Origin: Cyanobacteria bacterium J06626_4
Lineage (GTDB): Bacteria > Cyanobacteriota > Cyanobacteriia > Phormidesmidales > Phormidesmidaceae
Length of the DNA stretch: 30,494 nt
Reading direction: 5' to 3'
Assembly (NCBI GenBank): GCA_038523235.1
Contig: JBCBJQ010000070.1
Coordinates: 1-30,494, forward strand
The position numbers and the translations under genes are program-made. This document shows, one piece after another, positions 16,352 to 25,288 of this stretch (position 1 is its first letter; the number at the start of each line of letters is the position of its first letter). The notes under the pieces are model-generated. The model had not been told where the DNA came from. It made no database searches and worked only from the letters and a program-made list of their open reading frames with translations.

Positions 16352-18958
16352 ATGATGAGCAAGTTTGGGCAACGTGGAAATGGTTTCTGGCTTTTAGCCA
16401 TGATGAGTGGGCAACTGGCGATCGCCCCCGCCCTAATGATGCAGTGGGCCAATGCTGCCGTTGCTCAAGAACTGGAGACCCCGCGATCGCCGCATTCGTC
16501 CTTCCCAGCCCCAATTGAGGAGATCGCCCAAACAAGCCCCGCCCCCGTGCAAATCACTGAAGTACGCCTAGAAACGAGTGAAGCGGGTTTACAGATACAG
16601 TTAGAGACTCCTGCCGGTGAGTTGCCGACGCCGACCTCCAGCATCGCTGGTAATGCCCTGGTAATCACAGTGCCGAATGCGGTTCTGGCACTATCCACCG
16701 GCGACGAATTGATTCAGTTTGAACCCGCTGACCGCATTGCCTTAGTGCAGGTTACAGAGCTGCCGGGGGCACAGGTTCAGATCGTGATCACCGGGGCAGA
16801 GGCCCCGCCGACCGCCGAGATTAGCAGCGCAACCGCCGGACTGACCGTCAGCATTGCGCCCGGCCTCCCTGGCTCTGCCGCAACAGACGATGAGGCCATT
16901 CAGCTGGCCGTGACCGGCGAGCAAGCAGGCAGCGACTACCGAGCGCCCACAGCGGCCACCGCCACTCGCACCGAGAGCCCCATAGAGGATATTCCCCAGT
17001 CGATTCAGGTGATTCCCCGCCAACTGATTGAAGATGAGCAGGCCACAGGCATTGAAGACGTTCTAGACAATGTAGCTGGCGTGAACTATTTCGGCAATGA
17101 TGATGGACGGGGCACCCGGTTCACTATTCGGGGCTTTGGCGCGGGGGGCTCGCCGGTTTTGCGGGATGGCTTTCGGGTTTTTGAGCTTGGCGGCAATGCA
17201 GCAGCGCCCGAAGTCGCTAACTTAGAACGGATTGAAGTGTTGAAAGGCCCGGCTTCGGTGCTGTATGGTGAGGCCGACCCAGGCGGCATCATTAATCTAG
17301 TGACGAAGCAGCCCCTCTCAGAGCCGTTTTACAGCGCTCAGATCCAGGTGGGCAACCGAGGCTTAATTAGTCCCAGTCTGGATTTGACCGGTCCGCTGAC
17401 GGCCGACGGGCGCTTGCGCTATCGGTTGAATGCCCTAGTCCGTCGCGAAGAAAGTTTCCGGGACTTGGACAACAGCTTTAATCGGTCGTTCATTGCGCCG
17501 ACTCTCGCTTGGGACATTAGCGATCGCACCGACCTCACCGTCAGCTTGGAATATATCGAAGACAATGACCCCGCCGATTTTGGCCTGGTCGCCATCGGGG
17601 ATGGCGTCGCTGATATTCCCTTGGATCGGGTGCTTAATAATCCGGATGATACGATCGCCAAAGAATACTTGAGTGCAGGCTATACCCTAGAGCACCGCTT
17701 TAGTGACAACTGGCGGCTACGCAATGAGTTTCGCTACGTTGCCGATGATTTTGCCTATGGCACCATCGCTATCCCCGCTTTCTTTGATGAAGCGTCCGGT
17801 TTTTTAACTCGACTGCTGAGTACCCAGAGCAATGAGCGCGACAACTACAGTTTATACACCAACATTCAGGGTCGCTTTAATACCGGTTCCATTGAGCACA
17901 ACCTCTTATTTGGGGTGGATTTGTCCCGAGAAGATGAGATCCTGGGCGGTCGGGGGGCGATCAGTCCTCAGCTCAACCCTGAGTTCTTTAGCACCATCAA
18001 TATCTTTGATCCCGATTATCCCCTGACCACCCCCGATATCGACGATGCTCCAATTACCTTTATCAGGGACACAACCGCTGAGCGACTAGGGATTTACCTG
18101 CAAGATCAAATCTATCTTTTGGATAACCTGATTGTGCTAGCCGGGTTACGGTATGACACCGTCGACCAAGAAATCACCGGTGGGACGCTGACTCCGTTCG
18201 GTGACGATGTGACAGAAACGATCCAAAACGATGATGCCGTCACCCCTCGCATTGGGATTGTCTACCAGCCCACCGAGACCATTGCTCTCTACGCTAACTA
18301 CGCTCAGTCTTTTACCCCTAATACCGAAACTGATGTTGACGGCCTCCCCCTAGAACCCGAAACCGGCGATGGGTTTGAAGTGGGTATCAAAGCCGACCTG
18401 ATCCCCAATCGCCTGTCAGCCACCCTGGCCTACTTTGACATTACTCGGCAAAACGTCGCCACGGCGGATCCCAATGACCCGCTGGCAGTGGCCTCCATTG
18501 CCACGGGCGAACAACGGAGTCGCGGCATTGACCTAGATATCAGTGGCGAGATTCTACCCGGATGGAACATCATTGCCTCCTACGCTTATATCGATGCCGA
18601 GATTACGGAGGACAACACGCTGGAAGTGGGTAACCGTTTGGCTAGCGTCCCTGAACACAGTGCCAGTTTATGGACGACCTACGAGATTCAATCGGGTGAT
18701 CTAGAGGGTCTGGGCTTCGGCTTGGGGTTCAATTTTGTGGGTGAACGACAGGGCGATTTAGACAACAGTTTTGCGGTGGATAGCTATTTCCTCACCAGTG
18801 CTGCCGCCTCTTACCGCCGTGATAACTGGCGGGTGCAGCTCAATATAGACAACCTGTTTGATGTTGACTACATCGAATCGGCTGGGGGGGGCCGAGCCAG
18901 GGGGATTTTTCCGGGAGACCCGTTGACCGTGCGGGGCTCCTTAGCAGTCACGTTTTAA
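16352..18958 (+). CDS. TonB-dependent siderophore receptor with AMIN domain [TBDT4]
   Basis: Signal peptide AAVAQE; AMIN-like domain; TATRTESPIEDIPQSIQVIP; LERIEVLKGPASVLYG; C-terminal AVTF. Start at ATG 16352 or 16355 after GTGTGAGGGC. Confidence 0.95.
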   Translation: MMSKFGQRGNGFWLLAMMSGQLAIAPALMMQWANAAVAQELETPRSPHSSFPAPIEEIAQTSPAPVQITEVRLETSEAGLQIQLETPAGELPTPTSSIAGNALVITVPNAVLALSTGDELIQFEPADRIALVQVTELPGAQVQIVITGAEAPPTAEISSATAGLTVSIAPGLPGSAATDDEAIQLAVTGEQAGSDYRAPTAATATRTESPIEDIPQSIQVIPRQLIEDEQATGIEDVLDNVAGVNYFGNDDGRGTRFTIRGFGAGGSPVLRDGFRVFELGGNAAAPEVANLERIEVLKGPASVLYGEADPGGIINLVTKQPLSEPFYSAQIQVGNRGLISPSLDLTGPLTADGRLRYRLNALVRREESFRDLDNSFNRSFIAPTLAWDISDRTDLTVSLEYIEDNDPADFGLVAIGDGVADIPLDRVLNNPDDTIAKEYLSAGYTLEHRFSDNWRLRNEFRYVADDFAYGTIAIPAFFDEASGFLTRLLSTQSNERDNYSLYTNIQGRFNTGSIEHNLLFGVDLSREDEILGGRGAISPQLNPEFFSTINIFDPDYPLTTPDIDDAPITFIRDTTAERLGIYLQDQIYLLDNLIVLAGLRYDTVDQEITGGTLTPFGDDVTETIQNDDAVTPRIGIVYQPTETIALYANYAQSFTPNTETDVDGLPLEPETGDGFEVGIKADLIPNRLSATLAYFDITRQNVATADPNDPLAVASIATGEQRSRGIDLDISGEILPGWNIIASYAYIDAEITEDNTLEVGNRLASVPEHSASLWTTYEIQSGDLEGLGFGLGFNFVGERQGDLDNSFAVDSYFLTSAAASYRRDNWRVQLNIDNLFDVDYIESAGGGRARGIFPGDPLTVRGSLAVTF

Positions 18959-18984
18959 GCTATCTAATCAGATAAGCACTCAAC

Positions 18985-19030
18985 AGGACTTACGCATCGG
19001 TCCGAAACCGGATGCAACTGCGTAAGTCCT
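18985..19030. repeat. Intergenic 12-bp perfect inverted repeat (REP-like small palindromic element)
   Basis: AGGACTTACGCA (18985-18996) and TGCGTAAGTCCT (19019-19030); inner hairpin TCCG-AAAC-CGGA. Confidence 0.8.
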
Positions 19031-19057
19031 TCTCAAGTTAGTGGGATGCAGGGATTT

Positions 19058-20071
19058 ATGCCAAAAATGATGCCGTCGCTGCCCGCTCGTTGGGCGGGCT
19101 TTTGGGGACAGCCCCTCAATCGCCAACGTCGATTTACGTTGCTCATGGGCCTGACGGCGCTGGTGGCGGCCTGTGGGTCAGACTCTTCCCCCGAGGCGGA
19201 GACGGATGCCGCCTCGGCCCCAGTCGAGCCGGTCGTTCAACATGCCTTTGGTGAGACGACCCTACCGGCCACCCCCACCCGCATCGTTGTGTTGGGATAC
19301 ACCCTGGTCGAAACGCTGGTGGCCCTAGACGTGCCGCCCATCGGAGCACCGGGCGTGATTCTCAATGAAATGACCTACCTAGAGTTAGATCCGGACGCGA
19401 TCGCTGACGTTGGCACCCCCGCCCAACCCAACCTAGAGAGAATCACGACCCTGAACCCAGACCTGATTCTCACGTCTCAACGACTGGGGGAAGAGAGCTA
19501 TACTCTGTTAGCCCAAATCGCGCCCACCGTCGCCTTTGACGTCGATGAAATGACTGAATGGCGATCGCTGACTCGTCTCTGCGCCGAGGCGTTAGGCAAA
19601 TCGGAGGTGGCTGAAAAACTATCGGCAGACTACGAAGCTAAGCTCGCGCAACTTGCCGATCAAGTATCCCAAGACTTAGCAGACATCGAAGCCTCGGTGG
19701 TCTTTGTGTCACCGGGCCAGATGCGGACTTTTGGGAAAGCCACCTTTCCTGGCAGCGTCTTAGCCGATGCGGGGTTATCCCGGCCCCCCAGCCAGGCCGC
19801 AGGGCCGGGAGTCAACAACATCTCGTTGGAAGTCTTGGAGCAAATTGATGGGGATGTCATGTTCATTCTGACGCCCCAGAGTAACACCGAACTGGCGGCT
19901 GACATTGAGGCCGAAATTGCCCGTACCCAGGCCAGCCCCCTCTGGCCGCAGCTACAGGCCGTACAGAATGACCAAGTATATGAAGCTGGCCCCCACTGGG
20001 CGATCGGTAGCTACATTGCGGCTAACCTCATGTTGGATGATTTGCTGACCTACTTCACCCCAGCCAGCTAA
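19058..20071 (+). CDS. Iron-siderophore ABC substrate-binding lipoprotein [SBP3]
   Basis: NRQRRFTLL, lipobox LVAA-C, QHAFGETTLP, PNLERITTLNPDLIL. Start chosen by alignment with SBP4 (MPKMMPSLPARW / MPTIIQSVQARW). Confidence 0.92.
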   Translation: MPKMMPSLPARWAGFWGQPLNRQRRFTLLMGLTALVAACGSDSSPEAETDAASAPVEPVVQHAFGETTLPATPTRIVVLGYTLVETLVALDVPPIGAPGVILNEMTYLELDPDAIADVGTPAQPNLERITTLNPDLILTSQRLGEESYTLLAQIAPTVAFDVDEMTEWRSLTRLCAEALGKSEVAEKLSADYEAKLAQLADQVSQDLADIEASVVFVSPGQMRTFGKATFPGSVLADAGLSRPPSQAAGPGVNNISLEVLEQIDGDVMFILTPQSNTELAADIEAEIARTQASPLWPQLQAVQNDQVYEAGPHWAIGSYIAANLMLDDLLTYFTPAS

Positions 20072-20164
20072 AGCGCCCCCATCGACCCACCGTCAGAAAT
20101 GTATTTGGGGCGCAACCCCCCAGGAGAGGGCGCAGAAGCCACCGATGCGGCAGCGGATATCAGA

Positions 20165-20183
20165 GATAAGAGCTTATTGCGAT
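20165..20183. promoter_or_regulatory. Degenerate Fur-like box upstream of araC3
   Basis: GATAAGAGCTTATTGCGAT; shares the GATAAGA start with the boxes at 26706 and 21326 (reverse strand). Confidence 0.4.
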
Positions 20184-20227
20184 CTGATATCATCAATTAT
20201 CCGTTCATCGTCTAGCTTCCGTAATCC

Positions 20228-21229
20228 GTGACGTTAACTTTCCAGGGTTCCGAATGGCAGCACTGCCTGCAGGAGCAAACGCGAAATACCCAGCCCGAGC
20301 TGTTGACCAATCCCAAAGACCGCACGCTGGTCTTTCCCGACTGGTTGGGCACCGGTTACAAACGCGATATTCGACTGCAGCACCATATCTCACTGACGCT
20401 ACATCGCTATCGACTTCAAGCAGACATTATCTCTCTGGGCTCAGCGCTGAGCAGAAACTGCTTTGAGTTTTCGTTTGTGTTGGCAGGCAACGTGAGGGGT
20501 ACTGATTTAGGAGCGCAGCAACAGATATCGGTTGAGGGTCAAAAGGCCTATTTCCTCAATGCCGCCTTGCCCGCCCATAAAGTCTATGAATATGCCCAGC
20601 AAGATTTTTGGGCGGTAGACGTTCACATCCCAGTGCCTCTGTTAGCAGCCATGGTCACCGAACATGAGGAAACGTTGCCCCTAACCCTACGTCGGATGGT
20701 AACTGGACAGGATGATCGCCCGGCCCTGCCTCCCCTCAACATCACGCCAGCCATGCAAAAGGTGCTGCAGAAAATTTGGCAGTGTCCTCATCAGGGGTTA
20801 ACGCGATCGCTGTACTTAGAAGCTCAAGCTTTAGAGCTGATTTCCCTTTATATTCAAGCGATTCAGGCCGGGCCGGGCGCTTCGTCTAGCCTGCCAGCCG
20901 CTGATATCGAAAGCATCCGTCAGGCCCAAGATATTCTCCAGCAAAGCCTGCGCACACCGCCCTCGCTGATGGAGTTAGCGCGCCAGGTGGGCATTAACGA
21001 TCGCAAACTCAAACAAGGATTCCGCGAGGTGCTGGATACCACCGTGTTTGGCTACCTGACTCAACAACGGATGGAAACTGCTTGCCGATTGCTCCGACAA
21101 AAACGGTCGGTTGCTGTAGTAGCGGCCACGGTGGGCTACGACAGCCCGACCGCGTTTAGCGGTGCCTTTCGGCGCAAATTTGGGGTCGCTCCCAAGGCCT
21201 ATCAGTTGGCGAATTCCCCCAAGGGGTAA
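20228..21229 (+). CDS. AraC family (PchR-like) transcriptional regulator [AraC3]
   Basis: 333 aa; QCPHQGLTRSLYLEAQALEL; PPSLMELARQVGINDRKLKQGFREVLDTTVFGYL; VGYDSPTAFSGAFRRKFG. Confidence 0.93.
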   Translation: MTLTFQGSEWQHCLQEQTRNTQPELLTNPKDRTLVFPDWLGTGYKRDIRLQHHISLTLHRYRLQADIISLGSALSRNCFEFSFVLAGNVRGTDLGAQQQISVEGQKAYFLNAALPAHKVYEYAQQDFWAVDVHIPVPLLAAMVTEHEETLPLTLRRMVTGQDDRPALPPLNITPAMQKVLQKIWQCPHQGLTRSLYLEAQALELISLYIQAIQAGPGASSSLPAADIESIRQAQDILQQSLRTPPSLMELARQVGINDRKLKQGFREVLDTTVFGYLTQQRMETACRLLRQKRSVAVVAATVGYDSPTAFSGAFRRKFGVAPKAYQLANSPKG

Positions 21230-21268
21230 AAAGTCCCGATCAAAGAGAAAAAAGTCCCGATCAAAGAG
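21228..21268 (+). promoter_or_regulatory. Perfect 20-bp direct repeat with 21-bp period (motif B), probable AraC3 operator
   Basis: AAAAAGTCCCGATCAAAGAG at 21228-21247 and 21249-21268, between araC3 and TBDT5. Confidence 0.75.
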
Positions 21269-21307
21269 CATCCGATCTCGCTGGCCCGATAAGTTTGACA
21301 ACAACTA

Positions 21308-21326
21308 TTTGAGAAGCATTCTTATC
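21308..21326. promoter_or_regulatory. Fur-like box upstream of TBDT5
   Basis: TTTGAGAAGCATTCTTATC; core TGAGAAG-C-ATTCTTA matches TGAGAAT-N-ATTCTCA at 12/14; TTGACA at 21295-21300 just upstream. Confidence 0.65.
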
Positions 21327-21387
21327 TGGTGCGGCGTGGCCAGTTGAGACTTGTGCTTGATGACTGTTGATTGGGAGATATCGAAAC

Positions 21388-23994
21388 GTGATCAAACGAT
21401 TGGGGCTAGGGTTATTGCCGCTGAGTGGGTTGGCCATAGCGCTGCCAGCCGCAGCGATCGCTGTGCCAGAGCTGATGGAGCCGGTGGACCAGCCGGCCGA
21501 AGACGCGAGACCCACGGGCAAAGCGATCGCCCCAACGGTGCCGGAGTCGGCACCCGACACTCAGGCAGCGTCGGTAACCGCTGCAACGGTTTCAAACTGG
21601 ATGGCTCAAGCCACCGATGACGTGATCACCATTACCGCTGTGCAAGTGCAAGAAACCGCTACAGGATTGGCGATCGCCCTGGAAGCATCTGGTCCTTTAT
21701 CGGCTGGTTCGCCCACAATTGTGGGGAATGCGCTCGTAATTGACCTGCCTGATGCCGCGCTCAATCTGGCCGATGCCGCTCAGGCTGAGCAATTTGCGCC
21801 CGCCACCGGCATTGCTTTGATCAGCGTTTCCGAGGGCGACGGCGGCGTGCAGGTTGCCATCACCGGCACCGCCGCCCCGCCGCAGGTCGAGATTGACGCC
21901 ACGGGTGACACCCTGGTGCTGGGGGTCGTGCCCAGTATCGCGACTGACATTGCGGACGACCCTGACGCCATTCGCCTCGGCGTGGAAGGCGCGCAAGCGG
22001 GGAGTGACTATTACGTGCCCGCCGCTTCCACGGCAACCCGTACGGATACGCCGCTGGATGAAATTCCTCAATCCATCCAAGTAATTCCTCAAGCCGTATT
22101 GGAAGATCAGCAGGTGATTCGCCTTGGCGATGCCCTGCGCAATGCCAGTGGTGTCGTCTCCAACTCGATTGATCAGCGGGGCGAACGGTTCATTATTCGC
22201 GGCTTTAGCAGCTCATCGATTCTGCGCGACGGCTTTCGCCAGACCGACGGTGCTGGGGGCAATGCGGGTTTTCAGGAACTGGCGAATATCGAGCAGATTG
22301 AGGTGCTCAAAGGTCCGGCGGCAATTTTGGCTGGCAACGTCGAACCAGGTGGCGCCATCAACCTGGTCACCGAAAGGCCTTTGTCAGAGCCGTTTTATCA
22401 AGTTGACGTCCGGGCTGGCAGTCGTTTTCTTGTCGAACCCGGCATCGACTTGACCGGACCGCTCACGAGTGATGGGCGAGTGCTCTATCGCTTAAATGCG
22501 CTATTTCGTCGAGAAGATTTCTACCGTGATTTTGATGACCCGATCGAACGGGCGTTTATTGCGCCCACCGTCAGCTGGGCGATTAGCGATCGCACCGATC
22601 TCCTGGTGGAATTGGAATACAGTAATGAAACCCGCCCGGCTGATTTTAACGGCTTACCGGCCTTGGGCGATCGCGTGGCCGACGTGCCCTTTGACCGCAT
22701 CACCGGCGAACCGGGTGACGATGCCCAAAATGAGTTTCTGCGCGTCGGCTACCGGTTTGAACATCGCTTTAGCGATCACTGGAAAGTGCGCAACAGCTTC
22801 CGGTATATCGACTTTGACAATGAATTTGTCTCTAACGTGGTCGCCGGCGTGATCGATGAGGATACCGGCGACCTCTTCCGAGTTTGGATTCAGAACGAAC
22901 AGCCGAGCGAAAGTTATGAGTTGCAAACGAACGTTGTCGGTGAGTTTAATACGGGCTCCATCGAGCACACCCTCCTCGCAGGCATCGATTTATATCGTCG
23001 CGATGCTCAAAATCGCCGCCGAACTGACTTTGGCCGTCAGCCACTGTTCAATATCTTTGACCCGGTATATGGGGTGCCCCGTCCCGATAGCTTTAACGAG
23101 TCGCCGCCAGTGATTACCGAATTTCGCACTGATAATCTGGGTCTCTACGTGCAAGATCAGATTGCCCTAGCAGACAATTTGTTTGTACTGGCCGGGCTGC
23201 GCTATGACACGGTCACTCAGGAGACTGAAAATTTTGAGTTGAATACTGATGTTGATCAGAGCGATGACGCCTTCACGCCTCGCATTGGTATCGTCTACCA
23301 ACCCATTGATGAAATTTCGCTCTACACCAGCTACAGCACCTCGTTTAGTCCCAACTCGGGCATCACCCGAGACGGCGATATCCTCGACCCAGAAGAAGGG
23401 GAACAGTTTGAAGTCGGGGTGAGAGCCGAGCTGTTGGGCGATCGCCTCTTCGCTAATCTGGCGCTGTTTGATATCACTAAGCAGAATGTCGCGACCGCCG
23501 ACCCGAATGCACTACCGGGGGAAAACTTTGCGGTCGCCACTGGCGAGCAGCGCAGCCGGGGTGTTGAGCTTGACGTGATTGGTGAAATTTTGCCCGGTTG
23601 GAATATTGTGGCTAACTACGCCTACACCGACACCGAGATCACGGAAGACAATTCGGGGTTAGAGGGCAACCGCTTGTTTGGCGTCCCAGAACACAACGCC
23701 AACCTGTGGACAACCTATGAAATTCAATCAGGGGATCTGGCCGGTCTGGGGTTTGGCATTGGCGTCAATTACCTCAGCGATCGCTTTGGCGACAACGACA
23801 ACAGTTTTGTGCTCGAAGAATACTTTCTGACGAATGCGGCGATTTCCTACGAGCGGGATACCTGGCGAGCGGCACTGAACGTTCGCAATCTGTTTGATGT
23901 GCAATACATCGACAGTTCTGAAGGTTCCAGAAATATTGAAAACCGGCCAGGAGAAGGGCTAACCATTATTGGTTCCGTCTCGGTCGAATTTTGA
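21388..23994 (+). CDS. TonB-dependent siderophore receptor with AMIN domain [TBDT5]
   Basis: Signal peptide; AMIN-like ITITAVQVQETATGLAIALE; TATRTDTPLDEIPQSIQVIP; IEQIEVLKGPAAILAG; C-terminal SVEF. Start placed at GTG 21388 after GGGAGA; TTG 21367 is possible. Confidence 0.95.
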   Translation: MIKRLGLGLLPLSGLAIALPAAAIAVPELMEPVDQPAEDARPTGKAIAPTVPESAPDTQAASVTAATVSNWMAQATDDVITITAVQVQETATGLAIALEASGPLSAGSPTIVGNALVIDLPDAALNLADAAQAEQFAPATGIALISVSEGDGGVQVAITGTAAPPQVEIDATGDTLVLGVVPSIATDIADDPDAIRLGVEGAQAGSDYYVPAASTATRTDTPLDEIPQSIQVIPQAVLEDQQVIRLGDALRNASGVVSNSIDQRGERFIIRGFSSSSILRDGFRQTDGAGGNAGFQELANIEQIEVLKGPAAILAGNVEPGGAINLVTERPLSEPFYQVDVRAGSRFLVEPGIDLTGPLTSDGRVLYRLNALFRREDFYRDFDDPIERAFIAPTVSWAISDRTDLLVELEYSNETRPADFNGLPALGDRVADVPFDRITGEPGDDAQNEFLRVGYRFEHRFSDHWKVRNSFRYIDFDNEFVSNVVAGVIDEDTGDLFRVWIQNEQPSESYELQTNVVGEFNTGSIEHTLLAGIDLYRRDAQNRRRTDFGRQPLFNIFDPVYGVPRPDSFNESPPVITEFRTDNLGLYVQDQIALADNLFVLAGLRYDTVTQETENFELNTDVDQSDDAFTPRIGIVYQPIDEISLYTSYSTSFSPNSGITRDGDILDPEEGEQFEVGVRAELLGDRLFANLALFDITKQNVATADPNALPGENFAVATGEQRSRGVELDVIGEILPGWNIVANYAYTDTEITEDNSGLEGNRLFGVPEHNANLWTTYEIQSGDLAGLGFGIGVNYLSDRFGDNDNSFVLEEYFLTNAAISYERDTWRAALNVRNLFDVQYIDSSEGSRNIENRPGEGLTIIGSVSVEF

Positions 23995-24085
23995 GTCTTT
24001 AGATCTCATCGATTCAGCTTTGAGCGTTGAAATAGAGGACGCAGAGGATTTATGCCGATTCTGCATGACCGAGCTGCAGATCGAG

Positions 24086-24201
24086 GATCCCCCGCTGTCG
24101 CCGCCCCCTTGATAAAGGGGCTGTTCCCCATCAGGATTTTGCTGCCCCCTTTTTTTTAGCGCAGCCATGCCCGGAGGGCTTTAGGGGGGATTGGGGGGAT
24201 C
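24086..24201. repeat. C/G-run palindromic intergenic element (MITE/REP-like) with an apparent nested 25-nt insertion
   Basis: Terminal IR GATCCCCC (24086-24093) / GGGGGATC (24194-24201); internal hairpin CCCCTTGATAAAGGGG; second hairpin CCCCCT8-AG6 interrupted between two TTTAG copies (24155-24159, 24180-24184). Confidence 0.65.
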
Positions 24202-24246
24202 GCTCCAGTACATGCATCTGTAGTCCAGTTTCAGAGAATTGGTATT

Positions 24247-25266
24247 ATGCCAACTATCATTCAGTCTGTTCAAGCGCGCTGGGCTGGCAATTGGGGTCGC
24301 CCCTTAAACCGGCAACGTCGATTTATGCTGCTCATGGGCATGGCGGCACTAGCCTCAGCCTGTGGGTCAGGTCAGTCACCTCAGGCTGAGGCTGAGGTAT
24401 CCCCCGCTGATGTCGAGACCGATCAGGTCATTCAACACGCGTTTGGTGAGACTGCCGTACCGGCCAACCCCACCCGTATTGTGGTGTTGGGATACACCCT
24501 GGTCGAAACGGTAGTGGCCCTGGGTGTGCAGCCCATTGGGGCACCGGGCATCATTCTGAATGAAATGACCTATTTGGAGTTGGCGCAGGATGCGATCGCC
24601 GACGTGGGCACGCCCGAACGTCCGAATCTGGAGAGAATTACCACCCTGAACCCAGACCTGATTCTCACAACTGCACGACTCGGGGGAGAGAGTTACCCCC
24701 TCTTATCGCAAATCGCCCCCACCGTTGCTTTTGACATCGATGAAAGGCTCGAATGGCGATCGCTGACTCGCCTCTGCGGCGAGGCATTAGGCAAACAGGA
24801 TGTAGCGGCAAAGCTCTCAGCCGACTACGAAGCCAAGCTAGCCCAGCTCAAATCACAAGCGCCCCAAAACCCTGAAGCCATCACCGCCTCTATCGTCTTT
24901 TTAACTCCGGGTCGGATCCGCACCATGGGGAAAGCCACCTTCCCCGGCACCGTCTTAGCCGATGCCGAGCTATCACGCCCCCCCAGCCAAGCCGAAGGTC
25001 CCGGTCTCATGAACATCTCTCTGGAAGCTCTCGATGAAATTGACGGGGATGTCCTGTTTATTCTGACGCCCCAAAGTGAGACAGAATTGGCAGCCGGTGT
25101 GCGAGCCGAAATTGAACGCACCCAGGCCAGTCCCCTCTGGCCCCAACTGCAGGCCGTGCAGACCGATCAAGTTTATGAGGTGGGCCCCTACTGGGGGCTG
25201 GGCAGCTACATTGCCGCCAACTTAATTTTGGATGACTTGCTGACCTACCTGACTCCGGCTGGCTAG
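24247..25266 (+). CDS. Iron-siderophore ABC substrate-binding lipoprotein [SBP4], close paralog of SBP3
   Basis: NRQRRFMLL, lipobox LASA-C; long identical stretches with SBP3 (PTRIVVLGYTLVET, PNLERITTLNPDLILT, RTQASPLWPQLQAVQ). Confidence 0.92.
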   Translation: MPTIIQSVQARWAGNWGRPLNRQRRFMLLMGMAALASACGSGQSPQAEAEVSPADVETDQVIQHAFGETAVPANPTRIVVLGYTLVETVVALGVQPIGAPGIILNEMTYLELAQDAIADVGTPERPNLERITTLNPDLILTTARLGGESYPLLSQIAPTVAFDIDERLEWRSLTRLCGEALGKQDVAAKLSADYEAKLAQLKSQAPQNPEAITASIVFLTPGRIRTMGKATFPGTVLADAELSRPPSQAEGPGLMNISLEALDEIDGDVLFILTPQSETELAAGVRAEIERTQASPLWPQLQAVQTDQVYEVGPYWGLGSYIAANLILDDLLTYLTPAG

Positions 25267-25288
25267 CGCTAACCGCAGACACTCGATC

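Noticed and set aside
21228..21268. CRISPR mini-array
   Set aside because: Only two copies separated by 1 nt, with no spacer and no cas genes.
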